Source of the DNA: an uncultured Bacteroidales bacterium
Lineage (GTDB): Bacteria > Bacteroidota > Bacteroidia > Bacteroidales > SZUA-534
Direction: 5' to 3'
Assembly (NCBI GenBank): GCA_965370965.1
Contig: CBDUWQ010000003.1
Location: 1-52,878, forward strand
DNA length: 52,878 bases
Positions 29,731 to 39,481 of the stretch are shown one piece after another; the first letter of the stretch is position 1, and the number at the start of each line of letters is the position of its first letter. The notes beneath the pieces are model-generated. The model ran no database searches. It saw nothing but the letters and a program-made list of their open reading frames with translations, and was not told where the DNA came from. The position numbers and the translations under genes are program-made.

Positions 29731-31269
29731 TTATTGAATCATTACTTTTCTTTTTATCTGCTTTTCATTTGCTGAAATTACCATCATATAATTTCCTGAT
29801 GGTAAATCGCTAATATCAATAGTTGTGTAGTTGGAATTAATTTCAATGTTTTTTACCATTGCACCTGTTATACTATATAACTTAAGAGTTCCTGCTCCCA
29901 TGGTTCCACCCATCATTACATTAAATTCATTAATTGCAGGGTTTGGCCCCACTCTTAAATCATTTTCATTTAAATATGAAACTGAAACCGCACTAAATAC
30001 CTCAAAAGCTCCATTATAATCGGTCTGCTTTAAACGATAATATGAAACGCCATTAACCGGATTATTGTCAGTATATGAATAGTTTATACTTATATAAGAA
30101 TTACCTGCTCCTAAAACGATTCCAACTGTTTCATAGTTTATTCCATCTGTTGAACGTTCTATAGTAAAGTAGTCATTATTTTCTTCGGAGGCAGTTTGCC
30201 AGCTTATTGTAACATTGTTGTCGTTGTGATAAGCATTGAAATAGGTTAGTTCAATGGGGAGAATTTGACCCGTTCCACTATCATTTATAGCTGGGTCAAC
30301 ATCACCACCTACTATAACAGGACCATCTCCTAAAATTTTAGCATCGCCAATTAAATCACCAGTAATATCTAATGTACCTGGTAATGTTACTGTAATTGTA
30401 GCTCCCGTGCCAGTATCAAAACTTCCATCAACAGTCATATCACCTTCAATATTTAGTGTTCCATCAGCTCCTAGGTTTAAATTACCAGTAATATCTAACG
30501 CTCCCCCATCAGCAATTGTAAATGTAGCATCATCTTCAACGGTAACATTTCCATTAATAGTCATTGTTCCCGATATATTTAAGCTGCTTCCATCTCTTGC
30601 ATCTAGACCTGATTCAATTATAAAAGTAGCATCAGGATCAACAATAATGTCTAAATCATCTTTTGTTATAAATTGCCCTTTAACAATTAAGGTAGCTCCA
30701 GAAAGAATGCTTATACTTCCTTTTTGTACTGGTTCCAAATCACCATAAATAATTACTGTAGTAGAAGAACTGGTAGCGGTATAAGATTTATTACCAGCCA
30801 AAAAGGCATTTAAATAGTTTGCACTAGCAGCGTCTGTATCATTACTGAGGGTGGCATCTGAAAATGTGGTTGTTGCAGGATCTATCCCAGAAACAGATGA
30901 TACTGCTGTTCCAGCTCTTGGGGTGCCCTCATTGTCTACAGGCGTAACTTCAAAATAAATTGTATACGCCGGGTCATTAATATCAGCTGCTTGTATAGTA
31001 TATCTTATTCCTGTTTCTCCAGCAATTTCTTCTCCAGCTTCAGAACCATCTCCATCTATGTCTCTATACCATATATAGGTACTTACTCCTTCTGAATCTC
31101 CATCAGCATCAGTAAAGTCATAAAATCCGGTAAGCGTGGTTGCATCACCAGCATTAAATAAAGCCTCGCCAAGAATTGATACATTACTAGCAACTGGGGC
31201 AGTTTGAGAAAAACCCAACATTGAAACTGCTAATAATCCAACTAATGTTTTTAATTTAAGTGTTTTCAT
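29731..31269 (-). CDS. T9SS type A sorting domain-containing surface protein
   Basis: Signal peptide; N-terminal Ig-like module (APVASNV...DADGDSEG.S.Y.W); Gly/Asp-rich beta-strand repeats; LPIELTYF...WQTASEENNDYF...YYRLKQTD domain; CTD (GPNPA...L.SG.Y...K). Confidence 0.88.
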   Translation of the reverse strand: MKTLKLKTLVGLLAVSMLGFSQTAPVASNVSILGEALFNAGDATTLTGFYDFTDADGDSEGVSTYIWYRDIDGDGSEAGEEIAGETGIRYTIQAADINDPAYTIYFEVTPVDNEGTPRAGTAVSSVSGIDPATTTFSDATLSNDTDAASANYLNAFLAGNKSYTATSSSTTVIIYGDLEPVQKGSISILSGATLIVKGQFITKDDLDIIVDPDATFIIESGLDARDGSSLNISGTMTINGNVTVEDDATFTIADGGALDITGNLNLGADGTLNIEGDMTVDGSFDTGTGATITVTLPGTLDITGDLIGDAKILGDGPVIVGGDVDPAINDSGTGQILPIELTYFNAYHNDNNVTISWQTASEENNDYFTIERSTDGINYETVGIVLGAGNSYISINYSYTDNNPVNGVSYYRLKQTDYNGAFEVFSAVSVSYLNENDLRVGPNPAINEFNVMMGGTMGAGTLKLYSITGAMVKNIEINSNYTTIDISDLPSGNYMMVISANEKQIKRKVMIQ

Positions 31270-31453
31270 GACATTGTTTTTTATAATGTATACCTCAAAT
31301 TTAAAATTATGTTACTTCTCTTTGACAAACAATCATAATGCGTTGATAAAAAGCTATTTATTTCATAATAATAGTAAAAAAATAAAAGTTTGCAAATATG
31401 AGGCAAATTTATAATTTATTTGTGCGAAACAGATCATGAAAAAGAATTATTTG

Positions 31454-31607
31454 AAAGGGGTGCGACAAAATTTCCCCATCTCTTTCAGGCACTTCCCCAA
31501 GGGGAAGATTAACTCCGAGACAGCAATAAAAGTCCTCCCTTGAGGGAGGTGTCCGAAGGACGGAGGGAGAATTAAAAGTAAAAGGGGGTTTTGTCGTACA
31601 CCCATTT
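31454..31607. mobile_element. MITE-like element enclosing an inverted pair of REP-like palindromes
   Basis: Outer imperfect IR AAAGGGGTGCGACAAAA / TTTTGTCGTACACCCATTT; inner REP family shared with 925-1000. Confidence 0.6.
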
Positions 31608-31661
31608 GAAACAACATAGAGAGTCCTGCCAAAAATATAATAGATGTGTCCTTAAGAGTCA

Positions 31662-32852
31662 CTATTTTAACACGCCCAACTCTTCACCAATTTTTGTAAA
31701 TGCTTCAATAGCTTTATCTAAATGTGCTTTAGTATGTGCAGCCGATAGCTGAACCCTTATTCGTGCCTGTCCGTTCGGTACAACCGGAAAATAGAATTCT
31801 ATTACATAAATCCCCTCATCAAGCAGTTTTGCAGCAAATTGTTGTGATAGTTTGGCATCATACAGCATTACTGCACAAATGGCACTTTGTGTGGGTTTAA
31901 TATAAAAACCTGCATTTGTCATTTTTTGCATAAAGTAGTCGGTATTTTCATGCAATTTGTCTTGCAGCTCATTTGTTTCGCTCATCATTTTAATCATTTG
32001 AATACCGGCTGCGGCAACTAATGGTGGTAATGAGTTTGAGAAAAGGTATGGGCGCGACCGTTGGCGCAGCATATCTATAATTTCTTTTTTGCCTGTTGTA
32101 AAACCGCCAATGGCGCCGCCAAATGCTTTTCCTAAAGTGCCGGTAATAATTTCGGCTTTGCCTCTTATATCAAAAAGCTCGGTTACACCCCTGCCGGTTT
32201 TACCTACAACTCCTGCCGAATGCGATTCGTCAATCATTATCATTGCATTGTATTTTTCAGCCAATTCAAGAATTTTATCCATTGGGGGGGTGTTGCCGTC
32301 CATTGAAAATACGCCATCGGTTACAATTAAACGAAAGCGTTGTGCCTGTGCCAATTTCAACTGATTTTCCAAATCATCCATGTCGGCATTTTTATAGCGG
32401 TAGCGCACGGCTTTACACAAACGTACCCCATCAATAATTGAGGCGTGGTTTAATGAGTCAGAGATAATAGCATCCTCTTTGCTTAAAAGTGGTTCAAAAA
32501 CCCCACTGTTGGCATCAAAAGCAGCAGCATATAAAATTGTATCTTTTGTACCAAAAAATTTAGCTATTTTTTGTTCAAGCTCTTTATGTATATCGGTTGT
32601 GCCGCAAATAAACCGTACCGATGACATACCATAGCCATGAGTATCTAACGCATTTTTTGCTGCATCAATTAATTGTGCATTGTTTGATAAGCCGAGGTAG
32701 TTATTGGCACAAAAGTTTAATACTTCTTTTCCTGAATTTAGCTTTATTTCAGGTCCTTGTGGAGAAACTATTACTTTTTCATTTTTATATAACCCAGCAT
32801 CAGCAATGCCAGCTAGTTTTTTGCGTAAGAATTCTTGAAAATAGTTATACAT
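31662..32852 (-). CDS. kbl: Glycine C-acetyltransferase (2-amino-3-ketobutyrate CoA ligase), copy 1
   Basis: NFCANNYLG, SVRFICGT, NHASIIDG, DESH, GTLGKA (PLP Lys), RSRPYLFS and ARIRVQ motifs. Confidence 0.92.
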   Translation of the reverse strand: MYNYFQEFLRKKLAGIADAGLYKNEKVIVSPQGPEIKLNSGKEVLNFCANNYLGLSNNAQLIDAAKNALDTHGYGMSSVRFICGTTDIHKELEQKIAKFFGTKDTILYAAAFDANSGVFEPLLSKEDAIISDSLNHASIIDGVRLCKAVRYRYKNADMDDLENQLKLAQAQRFRLIVTDGVFSMDGNTPPMDKILELAEKYNAMIMIDESHSAGVVGKTGRGVTELFDIRGKAEIITGTLGKAFGGAIGGFTTGKKEIIDMLRQRSRPYLFSNSLPPLVAAAGIQMIKMMSETNELQDKLHENTDYFMQKMTNAGFYIKPTQSAICAVMLYDAKLSQQFAAKLLDEGIYVIEFYFPVVPNGQARIRVQLSAAHTKAHLDKAIEAFTKIGEELGVLK

Positions 32853-32871
32853 TTGATGTGTTTTTAATATG

Positions 32872-32977
32872 CAAAATTAACTCAATTAATTTGAAAGTAT
32901 CATAGAAATATGATTTGAAGCATAATATAAATATGTTTTTTATCACTGTTGTTATTAATAGGTATTATTTACATTTG
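32872..32977. promoter_or_regulatory. Divergent Bacteroidota -7 promoter boxes for kbl and tdh
   Basis: TAATTTTG on the minus strand (32872-32879) and TACATTTG on the plus strand (32970-32977), both matching TAnnTTTG. Confidence 0.6.
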
Positions 32978-33034
32978 CAATTAACACAATGATTTAAGAA
33001 AATCGATTAATAAATTAAAAGTAAATTACAGCAT

Positions 33035-34066
33035 ATGACCAAAATGAAAGCGCTTGTAAAAGCAAAGGCAAAAAAAGGAATATGGTTACAAGAGGTTGAT
33101 ATACCTGAAATAGGACCAAATGATGTGCTAATAAAAATATCAAAAACAGCCATTTGCGGTACCGATTTACATATTTATAAATGGGACGAATGGGCACAAA
33201 AAACCATTCCGGTAGGAATGACCATTGGGCATGAATATGTTGGACATGTTGCCAAAATGGGTAGTGAGGTTATCGAATTTAAGGAGGGTGACCGTGTAAC
33301 AGGCGAAGGACATATTGCTTGCGGGCATTGTAGGAATTGCCGTCGTGGGCGTCAGCATATTTGTGAAACCACAGTTGGTATTGGTGTTAATATAAATGGT
33401 TCGTTTGCCGAATATGTAAAAGTTCCGTCAAGCAATGTAATGAAAATAAATGCTCAAATACCCGATGAGGTGTTAGCTATTATGGATCCTTTCGGGAATG
33501 CCACCCATACAGCACTGTCGTTTCCAATAATTGGTGAAGATGTTCTTATTACCGGAGCCGGATTAATTGGAAGTATGGCTGTTGCAATTGCTCGATTTGC
33601 CGGTGCTCGTTATGTTGTTGCTACGGAAACCAGTCCTTATAGAGCTGAATTGGCAAAAAAAATGGGTGCCACAAGAGTTGTAAATCCTATAAAAGAAAAC
33701 CTTCGTGAAGTAATGGATGATCTTGGAATGATTGGTTTTGATATTGGTCTTGAGTGTTCTGGATCACCAGCGGCGTTTAATCAATTAGTTGAACATATGT
33801 ACAATTCGGGCAAAATTTCGCTACTTGGTATTTTACCATCAGAAACTAAGGTTGATTGGAGTACAATTATTTTTAAAGGACTTACCATGAAAGGTATTTA
33901 CGGCCGTGAAATGTATGAAACCTGGTATAAAATGGAACAGATGTTAATGTCGGGTATGGATCTTTCACCAATTATTACCCATCGTTTTGGAATTGAGGAT
34001 TTTCAAAAAGGATTTGATGTTATGGAAGAAGGGAATTGTGGTAAAGTAATATTAAACTGGTATTAG
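33035..34066 (+). CDS. tdh: L-threonine 3-dehydrogenase (Zn-dependent MDR type)
   Basis: [33 protein letters not shown] and GIYGREM.ETWYKM motifs. Confidence 0.95.
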   Translation: MTKMKALVKAKAKKGIWLQEVDIPEIGPNDVLIKISKTAICGTDLHIYKWDEWAQKTIPVGMTIGHEYVGHVAKMGSEVIEFKEGDRVTGEGHIACGHCRNCRRGRQHICETTVGIGVNINGSFAEYVKVPSSNVMKINAQIPDEVLAIMDPFGNATHTALSFPIIGEDVLITGAGLIGSMAVAIARFAGARYVVATETSPYRAELAKKMGATRVVNPIKENLREVMDDLGMIGFDIGLECSGSPAAFNQLVEHMYNSGKISLLGILPSETKVDWSTIIFKGLTMKGIYGREMYETWYKMEQMLMSGMDLSPIITHRFGIEDFQKGFDVMEEGNCGKVILNWY

Positions 34067-34104
34067 TGTCATGTTACTTGAAATGACGTTTTACAGTCTT
34101 AAAT

Positions 34105-34232
34105 TCCTCCCCCGTCCTTCGGGCAGAGGATGTCTAAAATCATAAACTACCGACTTTTTAGACAGCTTCACTTGCTCCGAATAAGTGGGTGTGTCTTCCC
34201 TTGGGGAACTTGCCTGAAAGGCTAAGGGGGAA
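34105..34232. repeat. REP-like palindromes with a nested 44-bp mini-element
   Basis: CCCCCGTCCTTCGGGCA|CTT interrupted by GAGGATGTCTAAAA...TTTTAGACAGCTTC (34126-34169); inverted REP copy at about 34193-34232. Confidence 0.65.
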
Positions 34233-34280
34233 TTGCTCCGCTGTGACATCATTAGAATAAATCAAATAATAAAGATAAAT

Positions 34281-34314
34281 AAAAAACCACATCAAATCCT
34301 GATGTGGTTTTTTT
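34281..34314. terminator. Bidirectional intrinsic terminator
   Basis: AAAAAACCACATCA-loop-TGATGTGGTTTTTT between convergent tdh and kbl-like copy 2. Confidence 0.8.
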
Positions 34315-34330
34315 ATGGAATATTTTATAA

Positions 34331-35578
34331 TTACATCCCGTACATATCAATAATTTCCTGTTTGGTTTTTCCAAGAATATTATATTTTTTTCCGACTTTA
34401 ATAAAAGCTTCCAAAGCTTTATCTAAATGATGAATTTCATGACCAGCTGAAATCTGTGTTCTTATTCTGGCTTGTCCCTGAGGAACTACTGGGAAAAAGA
34501 ATCCAATGGCATATATGCCTTCTTCATATAAATCGCGAGAAAAATCTTGTGAAAGTTTTGCATTGAAAAACATTACCGGCACAATTGGAGTATCGCCATC
34601 TTTAAGAACAAAACCAGCTTCTGTTAAGCCTTTTCTCCAATATGCTGCATTTGTTTCTAGTTTGTCTCTTCTTTCAGTACTTTTCGAAAGAATATTTAAT
34701 ACCTCAAGTACTCCACTCACAACAACCGGGGCTATTGTATTTGAAAACAGATATGGCCTGGCTTTTTGACGGCACATTTCTACAATTTCTTTTCGCCCAG
34801 AAACACAACCACCGGAGGCTCCCCCTAAAGCTTTTCCAAATGTGGTAGTTATAATGTCTATTTTATCCATTACTCCACATTTTTCATGAGTTCCACGGCC
34901 TGTTTTACCAATAAAACCAGAAGAGTGTGATTCGTCAACAAATAATAGAGCATTGTATTTATCGCACAGTGCAGCAATTTCATCAAGTTTAGCAGTATCA
35001 CCATCCATTGAATATACGCCGTCGTTTATTACAACTTTTAGCCTTTTATCTGCATGAAGTTGCAATTTGCTTTCCAAATGCTTCATGTTTGAATGCTTAA
35101 AAGTATCGTGCTGTGCCGAGCACAATCTCATCCCATCAATTATTGAAGCATGAACCAACCTATCGGATATCATAATATCCTCATTTGTTAAAATTGCTTC
35201 AAAAACTCCGGCATTGGCATCCATACATGATGGAAATAGAATGGTATCTTCTGTTCCTAAAAATTCAGAAACTTTTTTTTCAAGTTCTCGGTGAATATCC
35301 TGGGTCCCGCATATAAATCTTACCGATGACATGCCATAGCCTCTTGTATCAAGTCCATTATGGGCAGCTTTAATAACAGCAGGATGACTAGATAGGCCAA
35401 GGTAATTATTGGCGCAAATATTAATTACTTTCTTTTTAGATGATCCGGCAGGGAATTCAACCTCAATATCTGCAGCTTGCGATGAATGAATAAAACGTTC
35501 TTTTTTAAATAATCCGGCCTGCTCAATATCATTCAATTGATTCAAATAAACATCTTGTACATTTTTTGGATAAGCCAT
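34331..35578 (-). CDS. Divergent Kbl-like alpha-oxoamine synthase (PLP), copy 2
   Basis: CANNYLG, SVRFICGT, HASIIDG, DESH and TTFGKA motifs. Start reassigned to ATG at 35578 (MAYPKNVQ) because the upstream extension reads through repeat DNA. Confidence 0.88.
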   Translation of the reverse strand: MAYPKNVQDVYLNQLNDIEQAGLFKKERFIHSSQAADIEVEFPAGSSKKKVINICANNYLGLSSHPAVIKAAHNGLDTRGYGMSSVRFICGTQDIHRELEKKVSEFLGTEDTILFPSCMDANAGVFEAILTNEDIMISDRLVHASIIDGMRLCSAQHDTFKHSNMKHLESKLQLHADKRLKVVINDGVYSMDGDTAKLDEIAALCDKYNALLFVDESHSSGFIGKTGRGTHEKCGVMDKIDIITTTFGKALGGASGGCVSGRKEIVEMCRQKARPYLFSNTIAPVVVSGVLEVLNILSKSTERRDKLETNAAYWRKGLTEAGFVLKDGDTPIVPVMFFNAKLSQDFSRDLYEEGIYAIGFFFPVVPQGQARIRTQISAGHEIHHLDKALEAFIKVGKKYNILGKTKQEIIDMYGM

Positions 35579-35708
35579 AATCTTTTTTATTTGTTTAAAT
35601 ACGGTGTTAAGTTGTTGACTATTAAACATGCCCTTCTGTGCCTGCCCGACTATGTCATTCAGGCGGGCGAGCTCTGCTGAAAATAATTGCTCCCCTCGCA
35701 TGAGGGTT

Positions 35709-35954
35709 TTATTTGTTTAAAAACTCTAAAACTAATGTCTCTATTTTGGTTACTGAATCAAATGCTTCAGGTGTAGCTTTATCATCAGGAATAGAAATTT
35801 TGTACTTTGTTTCTAAAAATCTTTTTAATGAAACCATGGAAAATGAGTCAACTAAACCACCAGAAATAAGTGGTGTGTCAAAATTCACATCATCATCTTC
35901 ATCAGCATATTCTTCAATTACATATTCGAGAACTGTTTCTTTTAAATTTTCCAT
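35709..35954 (-). CDS. Stand-alone acyl carrier protein
   Basis: 81 aa, very acidic, with GGLVDSFSMV phosphopantetheine attachment motif. Confidence 0.9.
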   Translation of the reverse strand: MENLKETVLEYVIEEYADEDDDVNFDTPLISGGLVDSFSMVSLKRFLETKYKISIPDDKATPEAFDSVTKIETLVLEFLNK

Positions 35955-36063
35955 TTGTATATATTTTAAGTTATCAATTAATTTTGTTCAGTTTAGGCAT
36001 TGTATCGAAATAACTTCCTTATTTAAACTTGTTATTTTGTACAACTTATTTCAACATAATGCT

Positions 36064-37767
36064 TTAATCATCTTCTAATGTTGAAATATCACCAATTTCT
36101 TCTCCCCACTCTTGTGCATGGAGTACTCTCCTCATAATTTTGCCGCTGCGGGTTTTAGGAAGTTTTTCCATATATTCGATATCTTGTGGCATAGCTAATG
36201 GAGATAATTTCTTTCTAATAAAATTCATGATTTTTAGTTCTAACTCATCATTAGCTTCATATCCGGGTTTAAGTGTAACGAATGCCTTTACAACTTCCAT
36301 ATTTACATCATCAGGTTTAGCAACTACAGCTGATTCGGCAACAGCTTCATGTTCCAATAATGCAGATTCCACTTCAAAAGGACTTACTAAATGGCCACCT
36401 GTGTTAATAACATCATCATCTCTTCCAACAAACCAATAATATCCTTCGTTATCAATAGATGCCCTATCACCTGGTAAATACCAGCCGTTTTTGAATTTCT
36501 TATCGTAAGTTTCCTTGTTTCTCCAATAAGTACGCATCATTGCCGGCCAGTTTGGTTTAAACCCAATTAATCCGACATTCCCGGGTTCAGTAATAGGTTC
36601 AAAAGTTTTTGTATCTAAAATAGCTGCAGTAATTCCCGGGAAAGGTTTCCCCATCGATCCTGGCTTTATTTTCATTCCCGGATAATTTGTTAACATCATG
36701 GAACCTGTTTCAGTTTGCCAATAAGTATCCAGAAATGGAAGCCCAATAACTTTTTCAGACCAAATTACGGCTTCAGAATTTAACGGTTCTCCAACACTTG
36801 CCAAAAGGCGTAATGAAGAAAGGTCATTTGCTTTAACCACGTCATCACCAGCTTTCATTAAAGAGCGTATTGCTGTTGGTGCAGAATACCAAACAGTTAC
36901 TTTGTTTTTTTGAATGAATTTATACCATGAATCGGCTGAAAAACCAGTGTCTAAAACACATTGGGTAATTCCTAAACTCCATGGACCTATTATGCCGTAA
37001 GAGGTTCCTGTAACCCATCCCGGATCAGCAGTACACCAGTAAATATCATCTTTTTGAAGATCTAAAACCCATTTTGTAGTAAGATATTGTGAAATAAGAG
37101 AATAATGAACGTGTTTTACGCCCTTGGGCTGCCCTGTTGTTCCTGATGTATAATGAAGAACTGATGGAGATTCTGCTTTTGTTGGGAAAGTTTCAAAATT
37201 CTCAACCTGTTCAGCTTCATCCATATTAAAAGCTATTTCTCTTTCTTTTAATTCTTTTTTACCATCCCAGTCAACAACAATAATATGTTTTAGGTAAGGC
37301 ATCTTATCTATAATCTTTCTTATTTTAGATACATGCTTTCTTTGTGTTAATATAGCTGTTGTTTGTGCATTATCTAACCTTACATGCAATGATTCATCAC
37401 CAAAAGCTGAAAATAGTGGTTGGGCAACAGCACCCATTTTTAATACTCCAATAAATCCCATATATAATTCCGGGATTTTATCCATAAACAGACATACTCT
37501 ATCTTCGTTTTTAACTCCGAGCTCTTGTAAAAATGCAGCTATTGTATTACTTCGTAAGCGAACATCATTAAATGTGTATTTTTTTTCAACTCCACCTAGG
37601 CCTTCCCATATTAGAGCTTGCTTATTAGCCATACCCATATTACAAATTCTGTCGGAGCAGTACCAGCCAATGTTGATATTGTCGCCGTCTTTATAATTAA
37701 GCTCTTCTTCTGAAATTGACCACTTGAAATCTTTTATTCTTTCTTGATAAGATTTAATGTTTGTCAT
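36064..37767 (-). CDS. AMP-forming acetate(-type) CoA/ACP ligase (AcsA-like)
   Basis: YTSGTTGQPKG, WCTADPGWVTG, VGEP, WQTETG, GRDDDVI and PKTRSGKIMRR motifs. Confidence 0.9.
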   Translation of the reverse strand: MTNIKSYQERIKDFKWSISEEELNYKDGDNINIGWYCSDRICNMGMANKQALIWEGLGGVEKKYTFNDVRLRSNTIAAFLQELGVKNEDRVCLFMDKIPELYMGFIGVLKMGAVAQPLFSAFGDESLHVRLDNAQTTAILTQRKHVSKIRKIIDKMPYLKHIIVVDWDGKKELKEREIAFNMDEAEQVENFETFPTKAESPSVLHYTSGTTGQPKGVKHVHYSLISQYLTTKWVLDLQKDDIYWCTADPGWVTGTSYGIIGPWSLGITQCVLDTGFSADSWYKFIQKNKVTVWYSAPTAIRSLMKAGDDVVKANDLSSLRLLASVGEPLNSEAVIWSEKVIGLPFLDTYWQTETGSMMLTNYPGMKIKPGSMGKPFPGITAAILDTKTFEPITEPGNVGLIGFKPNWPAMMRTYWRNKETYDKKFKNGWYLPGDRASIDNEGYYWFVGRDDDVINTGGHLVSPFEVESALLEHEAVAESAVVAKPDDVNMEVVKAFVTLKPGYEANDELELKIMNFIRKKLSPLAMPQDIEYMEKLPKTRSGKIMRRVLHAQEWGEEIGDISTLEDD

Positions 37768-37895
37768 ATATAATTAATTTTCAAATTAATAATTTGCAAT
37801 AAAATAATAGGTTTATAAATATATAGAATATTTAAAATATGGGTGGTATATAAATACATGCTTAAGAATTGTATTTTTAAGCATATTGTAAATTA

Positions 37896-37996
37896 CAATA
37901 GTTTGTTAAATTATTGCAAATAATTGTATATATTACTGATAATTAGACCTAACAGGTTTTAAAACCTGTTAGGTCTCAAAATTTAACGAACTATTG
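37896..37996. mobile_element. MITE-like element containing a perfect 32-bp palindrome
   Basis: TIR CAATAGTTTGTTAAATT / AATTTAACGAACTATTG (16/17); inner AGACCTAACAGGTTTTAAAACCTGTTAGGTCT at 37945-37976. Confidence 0.7.
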
Positions 37997-38105
37997 AAAA
38001 CAATAAGCACTTACTTATTTTACAAAGCACTAGTTAAAAAAATGGGTTGAAGAAATATTGCCTAAAATTTCCTTCAACTCAAAATATAATTGAATATTCA
38101 TATTT

Positions 38106-38239
38106 CAATGTCGTTTAATTAACGTTTTTCTTTTTGACGCTGTCAGGTTTATCAACGCTGAAAGGTTTCATGCTTGTGAAAAACCTGACAGCGTCCGAAG
38201 ACCCTGATAGCGTTTAATACGCTTAACTAAACGACATTG
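38106..38239. mobile_element. IS4-like MITE with target duplication and internal REP-like repeats
   Basis: TIR CAATGTCGTTTAATTAA / TTAACTAAACGACATTG (16/17); flanks ATTCATATTT / ATTTATATTT (9/10); inner GACGCTGTCAGGTTT...AAACCTGACAGCGTC. Confidence 0.78.
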
Positions 38240-38249
38240 ATTTATATTT

Positions 38250-39452
38250 CTAGATTACACCTAGTTTTTTACCTGCTTTTTTGAATTTTTCAATAGCAAA
38301 GTCAATATGCTCAAGTGAATGAGCAGCACTTATTTGAACTCTTATTCGTGATTTTCCTTTAGGAACTACAGGAAAATAGAAACCAATAACGTAAATACCT
38401 TCTTTTAATAATTCATTTGCAAAATCTTGAGATAATTTTGCATCATTAGGTAAATGACCTAACATAATAGGAGTTATAGGATGCGTGCCTTCTACAATGG
38501 TAAAGCCAGCTTTCTTCATGCCTTTTCTGAAATATTGGGTGTTTTTTTCCAATTTATCTCTAAGCTTAGTAGATTTTGATAAAATATTTAACACTTCAAA
38601 GGTTGCTCCGGTAATTGCTGGTGCTAATGAGTTTGAGAACAAATAAGGTCTTGATCGTTGTCTCATTATTTCAATAATTTCTTTTCTTCCAGAAATACAA
38701 CCTCCGGATGCCCCACCTAAGGCCTTACCAAATGTTGTTGAAATAATATCAACTCTTCCCATAGCATTGCAATGTTCAGCACTTCCTTTTCCGGTTGAAC
38801 CAACAAAACCTGTAGCATGCGAATCATCTACCATCACCATAGCTTCATATTTATCTGCTAAATCGCAAATTTTATCAATAGGAGCAATAATTCCATCCAT
38901 TGAGAATACCCCATCTGTTACAATTAATTTGTATTTGCAATCCTTCGCTTTTATTAATTGTTCTTCAAGGTCTTGCATATCGGCATTTTTATAACGAAAA
39001 CGCTGGGCTTTACAAAGTCTAACTCCATCAATAATAGATGCGTGATTAAGTTCATCTGATATAATTGCAGAATCGGCTCCCAGTAATGGTTCAAAAACAC
39101 CCCCATTTGCATCAAAGGCCGACGAATAAAGAATAGTGTCTTCCGTACCTAGGAATTCACTTAACTTGTTTTCCAAATCTTTATGGATTTGTTGTGTGCC
39201 GCATATAAAACGAACAGATGCCATACCAAAACCATAGCGGAAAAAAGTATAATTTGCTGCAGCCATTACTCTTGAATCTGAACATAATCCTAAATAATTA
39301 TTAGCACAAAAATTTAATACTTTCAAACCTTTTACGGTTTCTATTTCAACTCCTTGAGATGTAGTAAGAATACGTTCGTTTTTATATAATCCGTCGTTTT
39401 TAATATTTTCAATTTCTGTTGTCAAGAAATTTTTGAATTCTTTATTATACAT
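38250..39452 (-). CDS. kbl: Glycine C-acetyltransferase-like alpha-oxoamine synthase, copy 3
   Basis: NFCANNYLG, SVRFICGT, DANGG, NHASIIDG, DDSHA, TFGKALGG and RSRPYLFS motifs. Confidence 0.9.
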   Translation of the reverse strand: MYNKEFKNFLTTEIENIKNDGLYKNERILTTSQGVEIETVKGLKVLNFCANNYLGLCSDSRVMAAANYTFFRYGFGMASVRFICGTQQIHKDLENKLSEFLGTEDTILYSSAFDANGGVFEPLLGADSAIISDELNHASIIDGVRLCKAQRFRYKNADMQDLEEQLIKAKDCKYKLIVTDGVFSMDGIIAPIDKICDLADKYEAMVMVDDSHATGFVGSTGKGSAEHCNAMGRVDIISTTFGKALGGASGGCISGRKEIIEIMRQRSRPYLFSNSLAPAITGATFEVLNILSKSTKLRDKLEKNTQYFRKGMKKAGFTIVEGTHPITPIMLGHLPNDAKLSQDFANELLKEGIYVIGFYFPVVPKGKSRIRVQISAAHSLEHIDFAIEKFKKAGKKLGVI

Positions 39453-39481
39453 ATTTATTTGGTTTTGTGATGTTTATATAT

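Noticed and set aside
31447-31662. 71-aa ORF following kbl
   Set aside because: Largely a translation of REP/MITE repeat DNA.
32853-33034. Glycine riboswitch or threonine attenuator between kbl and tdh
   Set aside because: No aptamer consensus or Thr-rich leader peptide is visible, and both -7 boxes are close to their start codons.
35579-35701. 41-aa N-terminal extension of the 456-aa Kbl-like ORF
   Set aside because: It reads through a palindromic repeat; similarity to the other Kbl copies begins at MAYPK (35578).
31662-39452. Calling the Kbl-like genes serine palmitoyltransferase or BioF
   Set aside because: All three carry Kbl-type signatures (CANNYLG, SVRFICGT, RPYLFSN, RIR.Q), and the neighbouring ligase is acetate-type rather than long-chain.
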